Below, piece after piece: positions 25,850-37,378 of a DNA stretch of 64,000 nt. Origin of the DNA: an uncultured Chloroflexia bacterium. Its GTDB lineage: Bacteria > Chloroflexota > Chloroflexia > Chloroflexales > Herpetosiphonaceae. Location of the stretch: the NCBI GenBank assembly GCA_963767035.1, contig CAVYBW010000001.1:2502547-2566546 (forward strand). The letters are read 5' to 3'. The notes below the pieces were generated by a model that saw nothing but the letters and a program-made list of their open reading frames with translations, was not told the origin of the DNA and did no database searches. Every line of letters begins with the position of its first letter. Within the stretch, counting starts at the first letter, position 1. Position numbers and translations under genes: made by a program.

Positions 25850-27145
25850 GTGGAACCAGTGCATCACTGCCCATATGTGGGCCTTAAACAAAATCGTGCG
25901 ATTCGTTTTGCGAGTCCTACGCCGGAGCACCGCTGCTACATCACTGGTGAGGCCCACGATATTCCAGTGCCCCAGGCCTCGTTTTGTCTGAGCAGCAACC
26001 ATGTGCGTTGCCCATTATATTCAGGTGAGGATCTACCGGTTGCTCAGGTCGTTAGTACGCCTACGCCAGTTGCGGTTGGTGGTTGGCGTGGGTGGCTGGC
26101 GGGGTTATCAACCCGTGATCGCCGGATTTATGCCACCTTGGTGGGCTTACTAGGCTTAATTATTGTGGCCTATGCAATTAGCGGCGTTGTGTTATTTAGC
26201 AACCCCGACTCTACGACCACACCTAGTGCTACCACACTCGTGCTCCAACCAACCAACAATAGCCCAACATTAACGGTTTCGCCATCGCCAAATGCCTTTG
26301 CCACAGCAGCGGTTCGTCAAACTCAAACAGCCGAAGCTATTGCGCTAACCACTACTGCCACTCCCTCGGTCTCTGCTACGCCATCGGCTTCTGCAACCAC
26401 ACAGGTGATTCTTGCATCGCCTACTTTTGTTATTGTACCGCCAACTGACGATGTGATTGTTGCTTCTGCTACTCCTAGCATTCCGTTTGCCACCGATCCA
26501 CCAACATTTGAGCCAATTGCAACAACCACAGTGCCAACGATTGAGCCAACTGTTGAATCAACGATCGCGCCAACGATTGAACCAACAATCGAACCGACCA
26601 TTGAACCAACTGCCGAACCAACCGCCGAGCCAACCAATGAGCCAATCCCAGAACCAACTGCCCAGCCAACTGAGGAAACCGGTAGCCGTGAGGTGAATCA
26701 ACTGACGCTCTTCTTTAGTGATAGCACTGGCCAAGTGTTAGTGCCAGTTTCACGCCAGATTGGAGCGACCCGTCAGCCACGTACCGCCGCAATCCAACAG
26801 TTGATTTATGGGGCACGCAGCGATTTGCGCAGTTTGCTGCCCAGCGATACCCAATTGCTTGGGTTGTGGCTCCAGAATGGCATTGCTACGGCTAATTTTA
26901 ACCGTATCCCGACGTTTGGCAATTCAAGCTTTGAAGATTTGGGCTTGCGTTCGATTGTCTTGGCGCTGACTGAACAATCAGACATCACCCAAGTCCAGAT
27001 CCAAGTTCAAGGCCAAAATTTGGGTGGTTTGCGCTATCGGCCAAACGTCAACCCCGATAATCCGCAGGGTTTAATGGTCAGTTTAACACAACTTCGTTCT
27101 TGCCGTTGTATTTCCAACAAAGCACTGGCCGCTGGGTGCGGGTGA
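25850..27145 (+). CDS. membrane protein, part 1: Cys/His-rich cytoplasmic N-domain, TM helix, Pro/Thr/Glu-rich linker, first GerMN domain (the frame breaks near 27060-27100)
   Basis: 'CPYVG...HRCYITG...FCLSSNHVRCPLY' has 4 Cys. TM 'IYATLVGLLGLIIVAYAISGVVLF'. 'PTIEPT' repeats. GerMN-like 'LTLFFSDSTGQVLVPVSRQIG'. The tail 'LTQLRSCRCISNKALAAGCG' looks out of frame. Confidence 0.6.
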   Translation: MEPVHHCPYVGLKQNRAIRFASPTPEHRCYITGEAHDIPVPQASFCLSSNHVRCPLYSGEDLPVAQVVSTPTPVAVGGWRGWLAGLSTRDRRIYATLVGLLGLIIVAYAISGVVLFSNPDSTTTPSATTLVLQPTNNSPTLTVSPSPNAFATAAVRQTQTAEAIALTTTATPSVSATPSASATTQVILASPTFVIVPPTDDVIVASATPSIPFATDPPTFEPIATTTVPTIEPTVESTIAPTIEPTIEPTIEPTAEPTAEPTNEPIPEPTAQPTEETGSREVNQLTLFFSDSTGQVLVPVSRQIGATRQPRTAAIQQLIYGARSDLRSLLPSDTQLLGLWLQNGIATANFNRIPTFGNSSFEDLGLRSIVLALTEQSDITQVQIQVQGQNLGGLRYRPNVNPDNPQGLMVSLTQLRSCRCISNKALAAGCG

Positions 27146-27483
27146 TGCGACTGGTGCCAAGCACCAAAACCGAGGCCCGCGCCACTGTCGATGAGCTGAT
27201 TCGCGGCGCTGGCCGCTATAGTAATCTGGTTAATAATGCCATTCCCAGCAGCAGCCAAGTACGACGCTTGGTCGTTGTTGATGGCGTAGCACAGCTAGAC
27301 CTCAGCGCCGAATTTAGCCAAACCAGCAATCCCCACGCAGCCGTCGATGCCTTGGTGCTGGCATTAACGTCATTCAGCAGCGTCCAACAGGTGTTGATCA
27401 CGGTCGAAGGTCAGCCACTCAGCACTCTTTGGGGCGCATCATTTAGCAATCCCTTCTTGCGCCCACAACTCAACCCCGAATAG
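27061..27483 (+). CDS. part 2 of the same protein in another frame: second GerMN domain
   Basis: The frame is open from 27061 ('SAGFNGQFNTTSFLPLYFQQSTGRWVRV...VVVDGVAQLDLSAEFSQ...VQQVLITVEGQPL'), a canonical GerMN. There is no independent RBS or ATG. Confidence 0.55.
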   Translation, partial: SAGFNGQFNTTSFLPLYFQQSTGRWVRVMRLVPSTKTEARATVDELIRGAGRYSNLVNNAIPSSSQVRRLVVVDGVAQLDLSAEFSQTSNPHAAVDALVLALTSFSSVQQVLITVEGQPLSTLWGASFSNPFLRPQLNPE

Positions 27484-27489
27484 CTGATT

Positions 27490-27545
27490 CCCCAACCCCC
27501 CAACCCCCCAACCCCCTCTCCCACTGAGCGCGGGCGAGGGGGAGC
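27490..27545. repeat. partial REP/MITE-like element (unit 1 only), followed at 27601-27690 by 'gggatgagggatgaag...cacgaag'-type repeats
   Basis: 'ccccaaccccccaaccccctctcccactgagcgcgggcgagggggagc'. Confidence 0.6.
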
Positions 27546-27876
27546 TGCCTGATCTCTTCCAACGCCCACAACTCAAACCCCGAATAGCCGTAATTGGGTA
27601 AAGAATGAGGGATGAGGGATGAAGTTTATAATTCGTGGCTAAAAGCTTAATCTTTGTGATCTTCGTAGTTAAAGCGTCATTTTTTAGCCCCAGATTTTAC
27701 AGATTTGTTTGCTTATCTGCGATGCTCAAAGCCCAACTTCGTGTCTTTCGTGGTTCCGATCCCCGACCGCTAACAACCGATCCCCAATTAGATTAAGCCC
27801 TTTGGCGCATGGCGCTGCATTGCCAAGCCTGCTATGCTAAAATCAGCGTATTGGTTTAGCTAGATTGAGAACTGCC

Positions 27877-29997
27877 ATGGATTATGCCCATTTAATTGCC
27901 AAAAGTTTGACGGTGCGCGCCGAACAGGTTACCGCCGCAATTCAACTGTTTGATGCCGGCAATACCTTGCCGTTTATCGCTCGTTACCGCAAGGAGCAAA
28001 CCAGCGGCTTGGATGAGGAGCAGTTGCGCACGATCCAAAGCCAAATTGCCCGTTTACGTGAGCTTGATGAACGTCGCGAGGCGATTTTCAATGCCCTGCG
28101 CGAACAAGGCAACTTGACCGATGCCCTCGCCCAAGCCTTGGCCGAAGCCAGCGATAAAACGAGCCTCGAAGATTTGTATGCACCGTTCAAGCCCAAACGC
28201 CGTACTCGCGCCAGCATCGCCCGCGAACGGGGCCTCGAAGGCTTGGCCGAAATCATGCAAATGCAGCCGAATGATTCAATCGAGGCAACTGCCCGTAATT
28301 TCCTCAACGATCAAGTTGCAAGCATTGACGATGCCTTGGCTGGAGCACGCGATATTGTGGCCGAGCAGATGAGCGAGCATCCTGAGGTGCGCCGCCAAAC
28401 GCGCGAACGTGCCTTACGTTGGGGCGTTGCTCGCAGTGAATTGATTGCCGATGCCGACGATAGCAAGGGTGTATATCAGACCTACTATCAATTCGAGAGC
28501 ATCGCCAATCGGCTCAAGCCCTACCAAGTGTTGGCGCTCAATCGGGGCGAAACTGAACATATTTTGCGCTTCAAAATTCAGGTTAGCGAACGCGATTGGG
28601 CTGATGTTGTTGCCAGATATTTTCCGCTCGATCAGCGTTCGCCTTGGGCTGAACAACTACGTTTGGCTGTCCACGATGGCGCTGAACGCTTGCTCTTGCC
28701 AGCAATCGAACGCGATGTGCGCCGCGCCTTGACCGAGCAGGCCGAAAGCCACGCAATTACGGTCTTTGCAAAAAATGTACATTCATTGTTGTTGCAAGCG
28801 CCAATTGCCAATAACGTCGTTTTAGGGCTTGACCCAGGCTTTCGCACTGGCTGTAAGGTGGCAATTATTGGCCAAACTGGCAATGTACTGACCACCGCCA
28901 CAATCTATCCCCACAGCGGCGCGGCGGCACGTGAACGCGCTTTTCAAGAATTGCAGGGCTTGATCAAACGCTATGCTGTCAGCTTAATTGCCATCGGCAA
29001 TGGCACAGCTTCGCGTGAAACCGAGCAATTGGTCGCCGATGTGATTCGCCAGAACGCTGGCTTGCACTATTTGATTGTTAGCGAAGCGGGAGCCAGCGTC
29101 TACAGCGCCAGCACGCTCGCTCGCAACGAATTGCCTGAGCTTGATGTAAGCCTGCGTGGCGCGGTTTCGATTGCGCGACGGGTGCAAGATCCGTTGGCGG
29201 AGTTGGTTAAAATCGAGCCAAAAGCCATCGGCGTGGGCATGTATCAACACGATGTTGATCAATCGGCGCTGAGCAATGCGCTTGATGGAGTTGTCGAAAG
29301 CGCGGTTAATAATGTTGGAGTCGATGTTAACACCGCTTCGCCTGCGCTCTTGCGCTACGTCGCGGGCATTGGCCCCAAACTTTCAGCCCAAATTGTCAGC
29401 CATCGCGAAGAGCATGGCCCGTTTCGTTCGCGCGTCGCGCTCAAAAAAGTCAAAGGGCTTGGGCCAAAAGCTTTTGAGCAAGCCGCTGGATTCTTGCGCA
29501 TCCGCGATGGCGATGAGGCCTTGGATGCCAGCGCAATTCACCCTGAAAGCTATGCAGTAGCACGAAATTTGCTAGCCAAACTCAATATTATCGCCAAAAC
29601 AGGTCGCAACGAGCGGATCAAACGCTTGGAAGATTTGAAAAACCAGCCTTTGCATGGCATTGCTGCCGAATTAGGCACCGGCGTGCCAACCCTGAGTGAT
29701 ATTATTGATCAGCTGTTGCAGCCAGGTCGCGACCCACGCGAAGATGTGCCAGCACCAATTTTGCGCAGCGATGTGCTGGCATTTGAAGATTTACAGCCAG
29801 GTATGCAGCTCAAAGGCACGGTACGCAACGTTGTCGATTGGGGCGCATTCATCGATTTGGGGGTCAAGCACGATGGGCTATTGCATCGCTCGCAAATTCC
29901 ACGCGGCTTGACACTCAGCGTTGGCGATATTTTGGATGTAAGCATTCAATCGATTGACCCTGAACGCAAACGAATTGCCCTTGTTCTAGCACAATAA
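27877..29997 (+). CDS. tex: transcription accessory protein Tex (YqgF/RNase H-like, HhH and S1 domains)
   Basis: 'LPFIARYRKEQTSGLDEEQL' Tex N-terminus; YqgF-like 'VLGLDPGFRTGCKVAII'; C-terminal S1 'GMQLKGTVRNVVDWGAFIDLGVKHDGLLH'. Confidence 0.85.
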   Translation: MDYAHLIAKSLTVRAEQVTAAIQLFDAGNTLPFIARYRKEQTSGLDEEQLRTIQSQIARLRELDERREAIFNALREQGNLTDALAQALAEASDKTSLEDLYAPFKPKRRTRASIARERGLEGLAEIMQMQPNDSIEATARNFLNDQVASIDDALAGARDIVAEQMSEHPEVRRQTRERALRWGVARSELIADADDSKGVYQTYYQFESIANRLKPYQVLALNRGETEHILRFKIQVSERDWADVVARYFPLDQRSPWAEQLRLAVHDGAERLLLPAIERDVRRALTEQAESHAITVFAKNVHSLLLQAPIANNVVLGLDPGFRTGCKVAIIGQTGNVLTTATIYPHSGAAARERAFQELQGLIKRYAVSLIAIGNGTASRETEQLVADVIRQNAGLHYLIVSEAGASVYSASTLARNELPELDVSLRGAVSIARRVQDPLAELVKIEPKAIGVGMYQHDVDQSALSNALDGVVESAVNNVGVDVNTASPALLRYVAGIGPKLSAQIVSHREEHGPFRSRVALKKVKGLGPKAFEQAAGFLRIRDGDEALDASAIHPESYAVARNLLAKLNIIAKTGRNERIKRLEDLKNQPLHGIAAELGTGVPTLSDIIDQLLQPGRDPREDVPAPILRSDVLAFEDLQPGMQLKGTVRNVVDWGAFIDLGVKHDGLLHRSQIPRGLTLSVGDILDVSIQSIDPERKRIALVLAQ

Positions 29998-30081
29998 TTG
30001 GTACAGCCTGCGGTACAATAGACGGCGGCGCTAGCTCAATCTAGCGCCTCAATTTTTGCATTATCAATAAAGAGGTAGCTC

Positions 30082-31059
30082 GTGAGCACAACTCCTATAA
30101 GCGATTTTTTGCGCCACAACTTTCGTCACTTCAATGCAGCAGCCTTGATCGATGCCAGCGATGGCTATGTGCAGCACCTTGCCAACAATGGCAAAATGAT
30201 GATTACCCTTGCTGGCGCGATGAGCACCGCCGAATTGGGCCTCTCGTTGGCCGAAATGATTCGCCAAGATAAAGTGCAGATTATTTCGTGTACCGGAGCC
30301 AACCTCGAAGAAGATTTATTCAATTTGGTGGCTCACGATTACTATGAACGCGTGCCGCATTATCGCGATTTAACCCCCGATGATGAAGCAGCATTGTTGG
30401 CGCGCCACATGAATCGCGTCACCGACACCTGTATTCCTGAAGAAGAAGCCATGCGCCGCTTGGAACGGGCCTTGGTCGATGAATGGACATCAGCCGATGC
30501 CGCTGGCGAGCGCTATTTTCCCCACGAATTTTTGTATCGCATTTTGCGCAAAGGCGTTTTAGAAGAATTCTTCCAAATCGATATCAAAGATTCGTGGATG
30601 TACGCCGCGATGGAGAAAAACCTGCCAATCATCGTGCCAGGCTGGGAAGATTCGACCACTGGCAATATGTATGCAGCCCACGTTATGCAAGGCGAAATTA
30701 AAAACGTCCACACCGTGCGCACTGGCATCGAATACATGACCTACTTGGCCGGATGGTATATCGAGAATAGCAAAACCCATTCAATTGGCTTCTACCAAAT
30801 TGGCGGCGGCATCGCTGGCGACTTCCCAATTTGTGTTGTGCCAATGTTGCACCAAGATATGCTTATGGGCAACGTGCCAGTGTGGGGCTATTTCTGCCAA
30901 ATCAGCGATTCAACCACCAGTTATGGCTCGTACTCAGGCGCTGTGCCAAACGAGAAAATTACTTGGGGCAAGTTGGAGCCAACCACGCCCAAGTTTATCG
31001 TCGAATCAGATGCTTCAATCGTGGCTCCCTTGATGTTTGCTTTGATTTTAGGGCAGTAA
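30082..31059 (+). CDS. deoxyhypusine synthase-like protein (DHS family)
   Basis: 'ISCTGANLEEDLFNL', 'YQIGGGIAGDFP' and the general DHS fold signature. GTG start. Confidence 0.75.
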   Translation: MSTTPISDFLRHNFRHFNAAALIDASDGYVQHLANNGKMMITLAGAMSTAELGLSLAEMIRQDKVQIISCTGANLEEDLFNLVAHDYYERVPHYRDLTPDDEAALLARHMNRVTDTCIPEEEAMRRLERALVDEWTSADAAGERYFPHEFLYRILRKGVLEEFFQIDIKDSWMYAAMEKNLPIIVPGWEDSTTGNMYAAHVMQGEIKNVHTVRTGIEYMTYLAGWYIENSKTHSIGFYQIGGGIAGDFPICVVPMLHQDMLMGNVPVWGYFCQISDSTTSYGSYSGAVPNEKITWGKLEPTTPKFIVESDASIVAPLMFALILGQ

Positions 31060-31077
31060 ACAGAATATAGTATTTGT

Positions 31078-31408
31078 TCCCTCACCCCCTCGCCCACTGA
31101 ACGCGGGCGAGGGGGAGTCGAACCAGCCAAAACGCTGGTTGATCCGTCTAATGTCGCTGAAACCACCGCGTGAAGCCTCAACCTCGCGCCACGGGAGAGG
31201 GATTGGGGTGAGGGGATCTTCATTACCTACCCTTGTAAGCTAGCCCCCGCTCCCACTGAACGCGGGCGAGGGGGAATCGATCCTTTATTCCAAATGTATC
31301 ACGTAAAAACCACGGGTTTAAACTTGCTCCCGCCGGCGATGGGCAACCACGAGGCCAGCGCTCTCCTTGCCCGCATGCAGTGGGAGCGGGGTTGGGGGTG
31401 AGGGAACA
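31078..31408. repeat. two adjacent composite REP/MITE-like elements (31078-31220 and 31245-31408)
   Basis: 'ccctcaccccctcgcccactgaacgcgggcgagggggagtcg...cgcgccacgggagagggattggggtgaggggatc' and 'cccccgctcccactgaacgcgggcgagggggaatcg...gcagtgggagcggggttgggggtgagggaac'. Confidence 0.7.
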
Positions 31409-31491
31409 CGGTTGCCAATCCAATGAACCATTACAAATAGCCTATAGCCCAAAACCCGAACTTCGTGCTCTTCGTGGTTAAATTAATTCCT

Positions 31492-32848
<1,357 letters not shown>

Positions 32849-33094
32849 CTAGGCCAACCAGTAACTACTGTTAGCGCAATGTTAAAGAGTAGTCGAAAAA
32901 GATATTTCCTAGGAACGTTCGACGTTACCAAACGTTCTACTTACAACGAAAGCAAATTGGGTAAATTAGTTGGTTAACTTGAAATCGTACTCTTACATCA
33001 TAGGCCATCTGGTGGAGAAAACGGTTCCAACCATCAGGGGAAATTAAAAAGGCCGAAGGGTGAATAGCACTAACGAAAGGGTAGTAGCAAACGA

Positions 33095-33319
33095 ATGAGC
33101 ATTATGATTGAGACCCAAACATATACAATCAAAATCTCGCCAAATATAAATGACCATAGCATTTCAATTATCCGTTCCGATGGCATCGAAGCCACATGTT
33201 ACCAACTTAACGAGGTCATTACCGTTGTAGAGGTGCTGGGTGGGCACGGTTGGTGGCAACACCATCAAGCCCAAATTCTCAGCCAACTGCAAGCATGCTT
33301 CGGGGAAACAGTCTGTTAA
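33095..33319 (+). CDS. hypothetical small protein (74 aa)
   Basis: ORF only, followed by a terminator hairpin; no recognisable motif. Confidence 0.25.
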   Translation: MSIMIETQTYTIKISPNINDHSISIIRSDGIEATCYQLNEVITVVEVLGGHGWWQHHQAQILSQLQACFGETVC

Positions 33320-33336
33320 ACCCCAAGCAATAGATC

Positions 33337-33370
33337 AAACAGGGCGGAGCCACCATCCGCCCTGTTTTTA
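33337..33370. terminator. bidirectional terminator hairpin
   Basis: 'aaacagggcgga gccaccat ccgccctgtttt', with A-run and T-run on opposite sides. It lies between convergent genes. Confidence 0.6.
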
Positions 33371-33376
33371 GTTAAA

Positions 33377-35006
33377 CTAGCCTAATTCGCCATTGGCATA
33401 GCGTGCACGCAGCACTTTTTTATCAAACTTGCCAACGCTGGTTTTGGGAATTTCGCTCAGGAAGATAACTCGCTCAGGTAGCCAGAATTTTGCCACCAAC
33501 GGCTCCAAATAGGCCAATAATTCATCTGGCTCAACCGCGCCTGCATCGTTGGTCAAAACCACACACGCCAACGGTCGCTCGCTCCAACGATCATCAGGAA
33601 TCGCAATTACTGCCGCTTCGGTCACTTTGGCATGGCCCATCAAGGCATTTTCTAGCTCGACCGAGGAAATCCATTCGCCGCCAACTTTAACCAAATCTTT
33701 GGTGCGATCGGTAATGCCCAAATAGCCCTCGTGGTTGATCGTGGCCACATCGCCAGTGCGAAACCACCCATCGGCGGTAAAATGCTCGGCGGTTGGCTCA
33801 ACTTTGTAATACCCAGCAGTCACCCACGGGCCACGCGCCTGCAACTCGCCGACCGTCGTGCCATCCCATGGCAATTCATCACCAGCATCGTTGACGATTC
33901 GCAGTTCAACGCCGCCAATTGGATAGCCCTGCCGAGCACGCAAATCCCAGCGCTCGTGGTCGCTCAAATGGCGATGTTGTGGTTGCAAGCCCGAAATTGT
34001 GCCTAATGGCGAAAGTTCGGTCATGCCCCACGCGTGCAGCACTGGCACGCCAAAATCACGTTCGTAGGCTTCGATTAAGCCGCGTGGCATGGCCGCGCCG
34101 CCAACCGCCAAACAGCGCACATGCGAAAAATCGCGTGGCCTAGCCCGCATTTCTTGATACATCGCCGTCCAAATCGTCGGCACGCCAGCGGGAAAGGTAA
34201 TTTTTTCATCGGCAATTAAATCAGCCAAGGCCACCGGATTCAAGTGTAATCCAGGCATGACTAAATCTGCGCCAGCAAACATGGCCCGAGTAGGGTAAGC
34301 CCCAAGCCATGGCATGAAATTGGGGCACAACTGGCATCACAATATCATCGGGGGTAAAGGCCAAGGCAGTGGCTTGATTTTCGCCCATGGTATGCAAATA
34401 GAGCGAGCGATGGCTATACAACACGCCTTTGGGATTGCCGGTCGTGCCACTGGTGTAGCACAAGCCCATTGCTTGGCGCTCGTCGGTGACTGGCCAGTCG
34501 AATTCGGCCTCGGCGGCGGCCATCAGATCTTCATAATGCAGCACGTTGGGGAAGGGGAGTTCAATCCCAGCTTGGCCATTAATCAAGACAATTGTTTCGA
34601 CAGCTGGAATAGTATCGGCAAGCTTGGAGAACAACGGCAGCAAGGTTGCATCAACAAAAATCACCTTATCTTCGGCGTGATTGATGATATAAGCCAATTG
34701 CTCGCTGGAAAGCCGAATATTCAAGGTGTGACACACAGCGCCAGCACAGGGAATTGCATAGTAGAGTTCAAGATGTTGGTAGTTGTTCCATGCAAAGGTG
34801 CCAACTCGATCGCCTTGGTTGATGCCAAGTTTGTGCAGAACATTGCCTAAGCGTTTCACCCGGTGGTATAAATCGGCGAATGAGTAGCGGTGGAGCGAGC
34901 CATCTGGTTGCTTGGTGGTCACGCGTTTGTGGGGGTAGAGTTTATAAGCGTGGTCGAGCAACCGATCAACGGTCAACGGATAGTCCATCATCAGGCCACG
35001 TAGCAT
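33377..35006 (-). pseudogene. AMP-dependent synthetase/ligase (long-chain acyl-CoA synthetase-like) interrupted by a frameshift near 34290-34320 (pseudogene or sequencing indel)
   Basis: N-terminal ORF 34221-35006 ends '...[12 protein letters not shown]...[14 protein letters not shown]' then garbage. C-terminal ORF 33377-34330 resumes '[12 protein letters not shown]...WGMTE...GWFRTGD...'. Removing one C from the 'ccc' run would restore '[15 protein letters not shown]'. RBS 'aaggagg' lies at the 5' end. Confidence 0.7.
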
Positions 35007-35329
35007 GCAATGCCTCCTTGCACTCCAAAACGGGTCTGGCTCTCAGCTATAAATTTGCGCCATGATACCATATTGATAGAACATAGAACATAGCAGTAAG
35101 GGATGAGAGCTTGGAGAAAAGATGAGGGATGAAATTATGAATATAGGGCTAAAGATTTAACGCAGAGGCGCAGAGAATGGGAGGCTATTGGCTGAGGGTG
35201 ATAGGCTATGGGTTTTGATTCCCCATGTATCGCCGCTAGCCAACAGCCTCAACTTTGTATCATTCGTGCCCTTTGATCCACGAAGGGCACGTCCAACCAT
35301 TGTTCCGCTAGCCAAGAGCCTAGAGCCAT

Positions 35330-36655
35330 TCAATTTCTTTGTTCTATGCTCTTCGTGCGTGGCTCAGGCAGGCGGCGCGAGAGCAACAAGCCAACAAAAG
35401 CACTGGCGGCGCTGATCCAAAACAATGGCAAATAGCCGAATTGGGCCAACAATAAGCCACCCAAAACTGGAAAGAAGGTTGCAATACCCATCAAGGTGTT
35501 ACAAACGCCTACATATACAGGCCGCTGCTCGGCTGGAGCAAGCTCCATCACATAGGTTAAACTGGCGGTGTTTGAGCCATCAACGCTCAAGCCAATCAAC
35601 AAAAAGATTACCCCAAACAGCCAACCCAAGGCTTCCGTGCCCAAAACGCTGGCAAATGGCATAATCAGCAAGGCCCAGGTTGGCACGGTAATAATCAACG
35701 CTCCAGTCAGCACAACCAACAAGCGATTGCCGCGTTGATCGCCGATGCGCGACCAAAACAGGTTCGATAGCGCTGCTGCCAAAACTCGCACCGCCAAATA
35801 AACCCCAATCATGCGTGGCGAAACATGCAGCACTTCCCGGGCATACAAAATATAAAATGGATCGGCCAAGCCACCCAAGCGCGTGACCATGCGCGAAAGC
35901 ACATATTGACGAAAGTTGCGATCATGCTTGAGCAACAGCGGAATCTTGGCAAACATCTGTTTGGCCGAAATTGCCGCAGGTGGGTTGGTCGTCGGTGGCT
36001 CGGCAAACAGGCTAAACGAAATAATGCCAAAGCCAATCAGCACAAACGAAATACACAGCAAGATGCCATAGTTATACGGAAAGACCAAGGGACTGCCGCG
36101 GCTGAGCAGCCAGCCAACCAATGGGCTAACCAAGACAAACGAAAGCAAACCGCCGATTAAATTGCGCGAGCCAAAAAACTTGCCACGCTGGCGAGCAGGA
36201 ATCGTCTTGGCCACAACCTCTTGAAAGGCGACCGAACCAGAGCCGCCAGTGAAGTTGTACATGGCGTAGCCGAGCAAAAACAAGGGCAATAGCACCAAAA
36301 CCGGCAAACTGGTCGCATTCCAAACCACCAAAATCATTGCCAGCCAAATGAAAAAGCGTACAATCCCCACTTGGCGATAGACTGGTAATTTGTAGGTCAT
36401 GCCTTGCAAACGCCCAGCGCTTAATAATTGCGGTAACAGCCACCCCCCCGATTTGAGCGATGGCAACAAGCCCACCACCCATGGCGCAGCACCCAACTCG
36501 CGCACAAACACGGTCAAAACCAAATTCGCATCGCTAAATGCGTCGGCTAAAATAAATAAAACTCCATTGGCCACTCCTAAGCGCATGTTGCGGCGCAAAG
36601 TTTCTTCATTGCTCGCTCGGGGAGCAATTGGCCGATGAAGTGCTAATTTCCATTG
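35330..36655 (-). CDS. MFS transporter (12-14 TM)
   Basis: Regular hydrophobic helices throughout. The probable start is 'MQWKLALHRP'; the upstream extension of the ORF runs into repeat DNA. Confidence 0.65.
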   Translation of the reverse strand, partial: QWKLALHRPIAPRASNEETLRRNMRLGVANGVLFILADAFSDANLVLTVFVRELGAAPWVVGLLPSLKSGGWLLPQLLSAGRLQGMTYKLPVYRQVGIVRFFIWLAMILVVWNATSLPVLVLLPLFLLGYAMYNFTGGSGSVAFQEVVAKTIPARQRGKFFGSRNLIGGLLSFVLVSPLVGWLLSRGSPLVFPYNYGILLCISFVLIGFGIISFSLFAEPPTTNPPAAISAKQMFAKIPLLLKHDRNFRQYVLSRMVTRLGGLADPFYILYAREVLHVSPRMIGVYLAVRVLAAALSNLFWSRIGDQRGNRLLVVLTGALIITVPTWALLIMPFASVLGTEALGWLFGVIFLLIGLSVDGSNTASLTYVMELAPAEQRPVYVGVCNTLMGIATFFPVLGGLLLAQFGYLPLFWISAASAFVGLLLSRRLPEPRTKSIEQRN

Positions 36656-36894
36656 CATAGCACGTCTGTCCTTGGCAACGAGCCATTTCCCGCTGCTTAC
36701 AAAAAAACGCCCAAGAACCCAGTTGTTCCCGAACATTTGCTTAATGTACGGCACTGCCGCACCAGATTCAATTAACCCCCATTCTACTGCGATCTGCTGT
36801 GCTATGCAAATATGCGAAAATTGTAATAGGGAGTAGAGGTCAGCTTTCAAGCATAGGCTTTTAATAAATCATTATCCGGCAACATGGATCGATG

Positions 36895-36960
36895 GTCACC
36901 ACCCTCCCGTCCCGCCTCAAGGCGGGAAACGCAGGGGGCTTAATCCCCCTGCACCCCCTA
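36895..36960. repeat. variant REP-like palindromic element
   Basis: 'caccctcccgtcccgcctcaaggcgggaaacgcagggggcttaatccccctgcaccccc', with hairpin 'cccgcct caa ggcggg'. Confidence 0.55.
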
Positions 36961-37074
36961 AAATACACGTGGTGGATGGCAAGCATCTTCTAATGAACCA
37001 CTCATGCCTCGGTTCGCATCAGAACGTAGTATTACGCGACAATTGGGCTATTTGGTACTAGGCTATGGGCTAGC

Positions 37075-37200
37075 GGAACATGCCTTCAACCTTCAACCTT
37101 CAACCTTCAATCTTCATCCTTCATCCTTCAACCTTCATCCTTCAACCTTCATCCTTCAACCTTCAACCTTCATCCTTCAACCTTCATCCTTCTCTGCGTT
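37075..37200. repeat. 7-bp tandem repeat array (ccttcaa/ccttcat, about 17 units)
   Basis: 'ttcaaccttcaaccttcaaccttcaatcttcatccttcatccttcaaccttcatcc...'. A partial copy of the 10612-type repeat ('ctaggctatgggctagcggaac') is immediately upstream at 37040-37072. Confidence 0.85.
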
Positions 37201-37378
37201 AAATGTCGCCTTTTGATTTTGCGGTGATCCTTCGTAAGCCCGATGCTGCGCTGATTGGGGCTATGGTAGGCTTGAAATATTGATTCTGTTAGGGAGTTAC
37301 ACCAATGAAAATCACCAGTTTGATGATCCTGAATCGCGCTTTTATGCCTATCCACCTACATGGGAGATCATCGAACAT

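Noticed and set aside
31078-31408. Possibility that the REP cluster encodes a tRNA or tmRNA
   Set aside because: No cloverleaf with conserved T-loop (GTTCRANYC) or D-loop elements was found. The structures are simple G/C-rich palindromes.
37004-37216. ORF 37004-37216 translating the 7-mer array ('FNLQPSTFNLHPSSF...')
   Set aside because: It is a translation of the tandem DNA repeat with no start context.
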